64,000 nt of DNA from positions 5,632,001 through 5,696,000 of the forward strand of contig CAVUSO010000001.1 in assembly GCA_963744145.1 (NCBI GenBank), given 5' to 3'. The notes beneath the pieces were generated by a model, which saw only the letters and a list, made by a program, of their open reading frames with translations, searched no databases and was not told the origin of the DNA. The translations under genes and the position numbers were made by a program. The stretch comes from an uncultured cyanobacterium (GTDB lineage Bacteria > Cyanobacteriota > Cyanobacteriia > Cyanobacteriales > CAWUOF01). This document shows, piece after piece, positions 56,965 to 64,000 of the stretch; position 1 is the first letter of the stretch, and each line of letters opens with the position of its first letter.

Positions 56965-57900
56965 TTATGGCTGATGGTTCAGGAGAATTTTCCTAGCCAT
57001 CTGACAATCTAGTTGAATTTGGGCTTTTAAATCATCTAAGGAAGCGAATTTTATTTCTGGTCGTAAGAAGTCTTCGAGGGTGACAGTTAAATTCTGTCCA
57101 TATAAATCTCCTGACCAATCGAGTAAATAGACTTCCACTTGAGTATTAGTACCATTAATGGTCGGGCGATCGCCAATATTCATTACTCCTAACAGTCGAT
57201 TCTGGTGTGATTGGGCCGATAATTGGACTCTGACTGCATAAACTCCTAGTCTCGGTAAAAATTTGGTTGGAGGTACTTGGAGGTTAGCGGTGGGAAAGCC
57301 AATGGTTCGACCGAGTTGTTGTCCAGTTACTACCCTACCACTCAAACTATAGGCACGTCCAAGTAATTGATTAGCTCGCTTAATATCTCCTTGACTGAGA
57401 AATTGACGAATACTCGAACTACTAATTCTTTCATCTGAGTTTTTTTGGAGTGTGACAATGGTAACTGCTATTCCGTAATGAGCGCCAATCGCTTGTAAAT
57501 CTTCCGCTGTACCTAGACGACCACAACCAAACCGAAAATCAGCCCCGACACTAATTTTTTGGGTTTGTAATTGTTGTACTAGGATTTTTTCGACAAATTC
57601 CGTCGGACTCAGATTTGCTACTTCATTGTCAAAAGGTAAGAGTACCAGTTGCTCCACTCCTAGCGATCGCAACTGGGTGGCTTTTTCCAGGGGAGGTGTC
57701 AGTAAAGTCCATGACTGACCTGAAAAAAATTCTTGCGGATGGGGATTAAAAGTCACCACTGTGGCATAAGGGTTGCCCATTTTTTGTGGTGGAATAATTT
57801 CCTGCACAACTTTTTGATGTCCTTGATGCACACCATCAAAATTGCCCAGAGCTACATAATTTGGAGTTAGAACTGTTGCCAGCGAAGATGTTACCCACAC
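56965..57900 (-). CDS. ribF: Bifunctional riboflavin kinase/FAD synthetase
   Basis: GNFDGVHQGH, ISSSSIR, GRTIGFPTAN, LRPEIKF. Confidence 0.96.
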   Translation of the reverse strand: MWVTSSLATVLTPNYVALGNFDGVHQGHQKVVQEIIPPQKMGNPYATVVTFNPHPQEFFSGQSWTLLTPPLEKATQLRSLGVEQLVLLPFDNEVANLSPTEFVEKILVQQLQTQKISVGADFRFGCGRLGTAEDLQAIGAHYGIAVTIVTLQKNSDERISSSSIRQFLSQGDIKRANQLLGRAYSLSGRVVTGQQLGRTIGFPTANLQVPPTKFLPRLGVYAVRVQLSAQSHQNRLLGVMNIGDRPTINGTNTQVEVYLLDWSGDLYGQNLTVTLEDFLRPEIKFASLDDLKAQIQLDCQMARKILLNHQP

Positions 57901-57942
57901 ATTTTACATTTTGAAATATAAGCATCGCTAATCAACCACTAG

Positions 57943-58842
57943 CTAGGCAGAAACTTTTGCTTCTGCTAGTGGTTCGGGCATGGCAGTAGAAGTCGGGATC
58001 AGTTGAATTGATAATCCTTCCTTCGCCATCAGACTATCGGGAAATATAGCTGCGACTTGTTCGCCCATCCGGTCTAAAAATTCATCATTGTGGAGTGGAT
58101 CATGGTGGAAAATCACCAATTTTTTCACCCCAGCTGCTTGTGCAACTTTTACGGCTTCTTGCCAAGTTGAGTGTCCCCAACCGATTTTTGGAGATTTGGG
58201 TGAGTTATATTCCTCATCCGTGTATGTGGCATCATAAATTAAGACATCGGCATTACGGGCTAATTTCAGCACGTTTTCATCAAGGCGATCGGGGAAATGT
58301 TCGGTATCGGTAACATAAGCAGCCACATATTCTTGCCACTGAACTCGGTATCCGACTGCTTCTCCAGGATGATTCAGCAGGGCACTTTCGACCATGATGT
58401 CCCCAATACTAATGGTTTCACCGATTAAGATATCGTGAAATTCCAGTTGGGCCGCCATAATTTGCAATGGCACCGGGAAGTTTGGGTGCAACATCTGGTC
58501 GTTCAAACGTTGCTCGATGGTGGAGCCATTTGGGGCGATCGCGCCATAGATCCGAAAGCGATTTCCCTTGACAAACGCTGGGATAAAGAAAGGAAAGCCT
58601 TGAATATGATCCCAGTGGGAATGGGTGAAAAACATATAAGCTTCTAGAGGCATTTGCGATAGTAAAGATTGCCCTAACACTCGCAAACCTGTGCCCCCAT
58701 CAAAGATCAGGCGTTTTCCGCCCAAGCGCATCTCAATGCAAGGTGTATTACCTCCATAGCCTACTGTTTGGGCACCTGGACAGGCAATACTACCTCTAAC
58801 TCCCCAGAAGTGGATGGTAAATTGGTTTTGTATACTAGACAT
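57943..58842 (-). CDS. MBL-fold metallohydrolase
   Basis: WGVRGS, THSHWDH, TDTE, GHS, FHHDP. Confidence 0.93.
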   Translation of the reverse strand: MSSIQNQFTIHFWGVRGSIACPGAQTVGYGGNTPCIEMRLGGKRLIFDGGTGLRVLGQSLLSQMPLEAYMFFTHSHWDHIQGFPFFIPAFVKGNRFRIYGAIAPNGSTIEQRLNDQMLHPNFPVPLQIMAAQLEFHDILIGETISIGDIMVESALLNHPGEAVGYRVQWQEYVAAYVTDTEHFPDRLDENVLKLARNADVLIYDATYTDEEYNSPKSPKIGWGHSTWQEAVKVAQAAGVKKLVIFHHDPLHNDEFLDRMGEQVAAIFPDSLMAKEGLSIQLIPTSTAMPEPLAEAKVSA

Positions 58843-59139
58843 GGATGTTGACCGCAGGATTTTTCATGTTGGTTTATGGGCAAGATTTTATACCTCAGTA
58901 AAGTCTATGCTATCCAACCCAGTTGCAATGATTGTAAGTTTTGCATATCTTTTCAGAAAATGTACTTGTTTTTATTGCTAGACCAGCTATGAGTATTTAA
59001 CTAGTTGACAATCCCTGGGACATTGCCAAGCTAGGAGTTGGATTTTTGGCGCAATATTTGCTATGGATCTAAACACTCATTCTTGATTAATACCTATTGT
59101 ACCGGAAAGCCAAGGTAACTGTGGCAATGAAAGTTGCTG

Positions 59140-59235
59140 CCCTTCGACTCCGCTCAGGATAAACCCTTCGACTCCGCTCAGGATAAACCCTTCGACTCCG
59201 CTCAGGATAAACCCTTCGGCTACGCTCAGGATAAA
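59140..59235. repeat. Four tandem 24-bp repeats
   Basis: CCCTTCGACTCCGCTCAGGATAAA x3 plus CCCTTCGGCTACGCTCAGGATAAA; no spacers; related units at about 35182, 36949 and 37122. Confidence 0.95.
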
Positions 59236-59685
59236 CCTTTTTTGAGCCAAAATTTGGATACTCCTTTAATCACCCTTGCTGTTCTTCCATTCTACTTTCT
59301 AGCCTAACCTGTATTAATCCGGTTGGAAGTGGCTGACTATAACTACAGTAATTTAATCTGGTTACTTGGGTTTGAGCAATTGCTTCTCACCCGATTAATG
59401 AGAATTAATTCTGATCAAGATTTTTTCTTCTACCCAACAAAATGCTCAATGTCAAGCTCAACACCAGATGATGTTGAGCAATTGATCGGACAGGTAAGAT
59501 ATCTGTCCCACTAGAAAAAAAAATTCTCTTGTGGGAACTTCAATCATGCCATAGCGACGCGATCGGTAGCAGCAATCACTAGGAATTAATAACTATTTGA
59601 ATCATGGCAATAAATTTTATCTAACTGATATAATACTTAATTAAATTAAGGATGAGAAAAACACGGTTATCTTGAGCAAAAAAAA

Positions 59686-59938
59686 ATGGCAGATCAATCT
59701 GATTTTTTATATCCCCGGAGCCGTTATTACGGTCAATTTAACCCCCAGAACTTGACTTTTAATGCTAATCTTCAGGAATTTGCCCAGCGGATTAACTATA
59801 TCTGTGCGTTAGAGACAAATGGAAAAATTTCTCCGGAAGATGCTTATCAAGAAATTAAGTTACTCTGGACATGAGTTAAAAGAGTCAAAAATTCAGCTTG
59901 GTATTGGTCCGATCATCCCCCAACCCCGAAGATACTGA
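59686..59938 (+). CDS. Small conserved cyanobacterial protein; +1 frameshift at about 59869
   Basis: FLYPRSRYYGQF..FNANLQEFAQR..LETNGK; the conserved tail HELKESKIQLGI resumes after removing one A. Confidence 0.7.
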
Positions 59939-60108
59939 CTCCTAGTTTTTTTTTTGGGGATCACTAATGACTTGTTTTAATCTTTATATTGTGAATTTTT
60001 ATCCGTGTTAGCTGACTTGAGTCCTAATTTTGATCGGAAAATGTGACGATCGCGTCTGGAATTGGTCGATCGGTCGGCTCGATGAGATGATTTTTTTTAC
60101 TTAGCCTC

Positions 60109-60137
60109 TTGACGAAAAAATCAACATAAGATAGAAT
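60109..60137 (+). promoter_or_regulatory. Sigma70-type promoter candidate for the coiled-coil operon
   Basis: TTGACG-17 bp-TAGAAT. Confidence 0.55.
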
Positions 60138-60182
60138 TGATTCAGTTGGTTAAAACAGAGGTGTTTCAACTTACGAGAACAT

Positions 60183-60351
60183 CTCTCTCCCAACCCTTCT
60201 CCTCAAATGAGAGGGAAGCTATTGGGACCTCTCCCCCAACCCTTCTCCTCAAATGAGAGGGGAGCAGAAGGACTCCGATTAAATCTTACCTAAATTTAAT
60301 CATCTAAATTGCTCCCCCTGCCCTCCTAGAGAAGGGGGTTGGGGGTTAGGT
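60183..60351. repeat. REP-type repeat cluster in the leader
   Basis: CCAACCCTTCTCCTCAAATGAGAGGG twice plus inverted GAGAAGGGGGTTGGGGG unit. Confidence 0.75.
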
Positions 60352-60486
60352 CAAGAATACGAGCATTGAGGATGAAATAGTCCTGGTTGACTAAAGAGTT
60401 AGAGGAGATTAGTAATTAGAGCTGGGGTCGCGATCGAACAAAAAAGTGATACTAAGAAGAGATTGTCAAGCAACTGGAGCAGAAAA

Positions 60487-61491
60487 ATGGTCAGTCAAAT
60501 TACCGTAAAAGACAATAAGGCTAAAATATTTGCAGCATTTGGGCAAATTCTATCTGAACGAAAAAAGATTGATTCAAAAATTGCCACCAAAGAACAAGAA
60601 GCAGAAAAAGAGAAAAATAAACAAGTTCTGCTAGTTGCTGCTACCTATACCGTAGATAGCATTGTCAAAGGTTTAGCTGATTTGCAATTAGATTTTGGCA
60701 CAATTGTCAATGGGTTGTCAGAGAAGTTAACTAAAGAAACTGCCAAATTAGATGAACTAAAACGAGCGATCGAAGCCCAACAGCAGCAATGGCAAGAACT
60801 TCAACAAATTAGAATTGTAGCAGATGCCCTCCATCTTTTGACTCAAGAACATCAAGAAAAGTTAAAAGTGCTAGAACAAGAGTCAGCTCGTCATCGAGAA
60901 GCACTTGAAAAAGATCAGGCTGAAAAACGCAAAATTTGGCAAAAAGAGCAAGCCGAATATGAAATTTTAGTCCAAGAACAAACCCAACTTGCTACTAAAG
61001 AACGACAAGGAGAAGCGGCTGATTATCAATATGAAACTGAACGATTACGCAAATTAGAAATGGATGATTATGAAGAAAGAAAGCGTAATCAAGAAAGGGA
61101 GTTACAGGAACTTAATCAAACTAAAGATAAGCAATGGAAAGAGAGAGAGAAATTCTTAAATAGTCAACAAAAACTATTTACAGAAAATCAAGCTAAAGTG
61201 GAAGCATTTCCTAAAGAATTAGAGGAAGCTATCAAAAAAGCTCGCGAAGAAGCAATTAAAGAGACTCTCCAAGAAGCTAAAGTAAAAGCTGATTTGTTTG
61301 ACAAAGAATGGGAAGCTAGTAAACAAGGATATGAATTTAAGATTCAATCTCTTGAAGCGACAATTCAGAAACAAAATGAACAGATTAATGAGCTTGCTAC
61401 TCAGCTCCAATCCGCAGTAAAACAAGCGCAAGATTTGGCGATGAGAGCTTTTTCTAGTTCTGCTAATGCTATTGGTTCAACTCAATCTTAA
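60487..61491 (+). CDS. Coiled-coil-rich protein A
   Basis: E/K/Q-rich heptads; RBS GGAG before ATG 60487; paralogous to the next gene. Confidence 0.85.
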   Translation: MVSQITVKDNKAKIFAAFGQILSERKKIDSKIATKEQEAEKEKNKQVLLVAATYTVDSIVKGLADLQLDFGTIVNGLSEKLTKETAKLDELKRAIEAQQQQWQELQQIRIVADALHLLTQEHQEKLKVLEQESARHREALEKDQAEKRKIWQKEQAEYEILVQEQTQLATKERQGEAADYQYETERLRKLEMDDYEERKRNQERELQELNQTKDKQWKEREKFLNSQQKLFTENQAKVEAFPKELEEAIKKAREEAIKETLQEAKVKADLFDKEWEASKQGYEFKIQSLEATIQKQNEQINELATQLQSAVKQAQDLAMRAFSSSANAIGSTQS

Positions 61492-61535
61492 ATCTAGAAT
61501 TCATCAGCAATAATCAATAATTGAGGAAATGCAAA

Positions 61536-62639
61536 ATGGCAAAAAAACCAACTGCAAAAAGTACCAAAGCGGAAATTTTAGAAGCTTATGAAAAAGCTCA
61601 AAAAGAAAAATTAGAGTTGGAAACAGAACTCAAGCAACTGCAAAAACAAAAAGCAAATGTCAGTATTGAAAAACCATCAGAAGTGAAAGAAGTGAAGGAA
61701 GTGAAGGAAGTGAAAACCCCTATGGCTCAACCAGCGATCGCCCAGAAAAAAATGGCTCATACGATTGAAAGTCTTGCCCAATTACAATTAGGATTTGGTA
61801 GTTCTATTAGTGAGTTGTCAGAACAACTTACTTCGGAAGCTTCTCAATTACAAGACCTCACTAAATCTGTAGCAGAGGAAATTAAACAGTTAGAGGAATT
61901 GCATGATCTTAAGCAAATTAATGATGATACCTTGGATACTTTAATTGAACAATATGAAAATCAGGCTAAAACATCTGAAGAAGAAAGTAATTTAAGACGA
62001 GAAACCTTAGACCAAGAGTTAATTCAATTACGCAAAGCTTGGGAGAAAGAACAGGAAGAATATAAGCGTGCTATTAAAGAACGTCATGAGAATCAACAGA
62101 AAGCAATGCACCGCAATAGTGAGGAATATCATTATGATTTAGAACTGCAACGGAAATTAAGTGATGAAACCTATGAACAGACGAAAAAAACCCTAGAGCA
62201 AGAATTAGCAGAGATTCGCAAGGAACAGGAAAAAGTTTGGGAAGAACGAGAAAAAGCGATCGCGGAACGAGAACAGCTTTTCCATGAGTCTAAAAATAAA
62301 GTCGAAGCATTTCCCAAAGAATTAGAAGCAGCAATTAAAAAAGCGAAGGAAGAAGGTAAGGGAATTGCTACTTACCAAGCTAAAGTTAAAGCTGATTTAT
62401 TAGCTAAAGAAGTGGAAGGTCAAAAACGTTTCTATGAATTAAGATTGCAATCATTGGAAGAGACAATTAAAAGTCAACAAAATCGCATTCAAAGTTTATC
62501 TAGTCAATTAGAATCAACCTTGAAGCAAGTCCAAGATTTGGCAGTAAAAGCAATCGAAGGTGCTTCCAGCGTTACTTCATCTCAGGTATTTAAAGAAATT
62601 GCGATCGAACAAGCTAAGGGAATTCAAAAAAATAAATAG
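61536..62639 (+). CDS. Coiled-coil-rich protein B
   Basis: Shares LQLxFG, KVEAFPKELExAIKKA, KVKADL and QDLA motifs with the upstream gene. Confidence 0.85.
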   Translation: MAKKPTAKSTKAEILEAYEKAQKEKLELETELKQLQKQKANVSIEKPSEVKEVKEVKEVKTPMAQPAIAQKKMAHTIESLAQLQLGFGSSISELSEQLTSEASQLQDLTKSVAEEIKQLEELHDLKQINDDTLDTLIEQYENQAKTSEEESNLRRETLDQELIQLRKAWEKEQEEYKRAIKERHENQQKAMHRNSEEYHYDLELQRKLSDETYEQTKKTLEQELAEIRKEQEKVWEEREKAIAEREQLFHESKNKVEAFPKELEAAIKKAKEEGKGIATYQAKVKADLLAKEVEGQKRFYELRLQSLEETIKSQQNRIQSLSSQLESTLKQVQDLAVKAIEGASSVTSSQVFKEIAIEQAKGIQKNK

Positions 62640-62679
62640 TCTGGTCGATCGCGTTAACAAATTTAAAGATAGACAGAGT

Positions 62680-62704
62680 AGCCCGTTCATCCGGGCTTTT
62701 TTTT
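62680..62704 (+). terminator. Intrinsic terminator
   Basis: AGCCCG-TTCATC-CGGGCT followed by a T run. Confidence 0.75.
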
Positions 62705-62768
62705 GTGTAATCTGGAATGGATTGAGGAGACTGGTTGAAAATTAGTAATGGAATAGGCTCAGTTACAA

Positions 62769-63245
62769 ATGACCATCTATTTTTATAAAGTTGACGATCC
62801 TTTTGGCTGCTTTTCTAATTTTTCTCCCCATGGGATTAGTTTACATGGTCAATATTGGCCAACAGTAGAACATTATTATCAATCACAAAAATTTGTCAAT
62901 ACGATTGATGATTCACTCATCAAAGTTATCCAGGTTGCGAAAACTCCAGTAGAAGCTACAGTTTTAGGACGTGATTGTCGTCGTTCAGTACGTTCTGATT
63001 GGGACTTAGTCAAACAACCGATTATGAGAGAAGCTGTCTTAACCAAATTCTTGACTCATCTCGACATTCAAGCGATTCTGCTGTCTACAGGAGATGAATT
63101 GATCGTGGAAAATTCGCCCACTGATTATTATTGGGGATGTGGCTTAAATCAAACTGGGAAAAATTATTTGGGTAAACTTTTGGTGAGTATTCGTGAACAA
63201 ATCCGTCATCAATTAGATGCCCAATCTGATCGGATTTATAATTAA
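62769..63245 (+). CDS. NADAR (YbiA/DUF1768) family protein
   Basis: FSNFS, WPTVEHYYQSQKF, ENSPTDYYWG, GKNYLG. Confidence 0.93.
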   Translation: MTIYFYKVDDPFGCFSNFSPHGISLHGQYWPTVEHYYQSQKFVNTIDDSLIKVIQVAKTPVEATVLGRDCRRSVRSDWDLVKQPIMREAVLTKFLTHLDIQAILLSTGDELIVENSPTDYYWGCGLNQTGKNYLGKLLVSIREQIRHQLDAQSDRIYN

Positions 63246-63844
63246 TGATTGAGGAGATTAAGTTTTTTTTTCTTGTGACCAATCAAGGTTGTCCAATCAT
63301 CCAGATTCGATGGAGAGCTTATCCCTGGGATTTCCTGATCTCGTTGATCCCAAAACCTCAACAGGCATTTTTATCTTGTTCAGACCTAGTTGTTAATTTT
63401 TTATAAACTTAAATAAGTTATATTAAGAATTTCCTCAAAATTTTTACAAATTTTGAGTAGAATCTGCTAAAATGTTATAGAATAATTTAAGAATTTGAGT
63501 AAGGAATAACTGACCTGGACTTAAAGCTGGACTAATCAGCTAAAACAGAGTTTTGTTAAAGCCACAGCAAATTGAGCTAGCTATTTGATCCTCACTCAAT
63601 TCTAAATCACAAAAGTGGAGTAATAGAGATTGAGTAAAAATGTTTTATCAGGATGAATAACTCTGGACTTGCTAAGGATTAACAATACTGTTTTCTATAC
63701 TTACTGATCAACAAGTTCGCCAGAGCAGACTGTTATATAGTTAAGTAAGTAATTATACAGTTAATATTTTAATTCTGATTAAATTCAGAAATAAGTATCT
63801 TTTGCTACAGCAAAATTGGGATAAAGCTTTGGTGGTGGAGTTTT

Positions 63845-64000
63845 ATGAAAATGGCAGATCATATGCAATCAATAGCACAGAATTTAGATCAAAAAAGTCT
63901 GGATCAAGAAACTTTGTTACATCGGATGACGAACCAAATTCGTCAATCTTTGGAATTGTCCGAGATTCTCAAGGTAACAGTAGAAGAAATTCGGTCTTTT
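63845..64000 (+). CDS. 5' part of a GAF-domain sensor (cyanobacteriochrome-like), runs off the window
   Basis: RBS GGAG; MKMADH..LDQETLLHRMTNQIRQSLELSEILKVTVEEIRSF is a typical GAF-leading helix. Confidence 0.75.
   Translation, partial: MKMADHMQSIAQNLDQKSLDQETLLHRMTNQIRQSLELSEILKVTVEEIRSF

Noticed and set aside
59140..59235. CRISPR array
   Set aside because: Units are contiguous with no spacers; no cas genes
59323..59514. 63-aa ORF
   Set aside because: No RBS or family features; overlaps a degenerate repeat
60146..60170. GTTTCAAC motif as a CRISPR repeat or tRNA/Y-RNA-like element
   Set aside because: Single occurrence; no cloverleaf could be built

Overview
Cyanobacterial chromosome segment: HIP1 (GCGATCGC) is frequent and apcE is present. 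Housekeeping genes (apcE, pyrD, secA, ribF, amidase, MoxR) surround two accessory blocks. (1) About 9.3-31.8 kb is a carbohydrate island. It holds a GH2-GT2 fusion with an ABC exporter, two six-hairpin glycosidases, and a co-oriented redox cluster: GMC flavoprotein with a 3Fe-4S-type motif, ferritin-like protein, small dehydrogenase subunit, pentapeptide protein, two xylose-isomerase-like TIM barrels, NTF2 protein, copper-radical oxidase and DyP peroxidase. Several of these genes have single-base lesions that may be sequencing errors. (2) About 32.1-42.4 kb is a toxin-antitoxin/defence island. It holds three near-identical AbrB-like antitoxin N-termini with swapped C-termini and different toxins, an intact-looking IscB plus omegaRNA inserted in an antitoxin gene, XisI, a UvrD helicase, a DUF4917/SIR2-like gene and an NB-ARC gene. 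Also present: a disrupted PARIS-like pair (ABC ATPase + DUF4435), a protein-less IS200/IS605 element retaining a putative TnpB omegaRNA, several MITEs/REPs, and a paralogous coiled-coil gene pair followed by NADAR. All family calls come from motif recognition by eye; no database searches were run.
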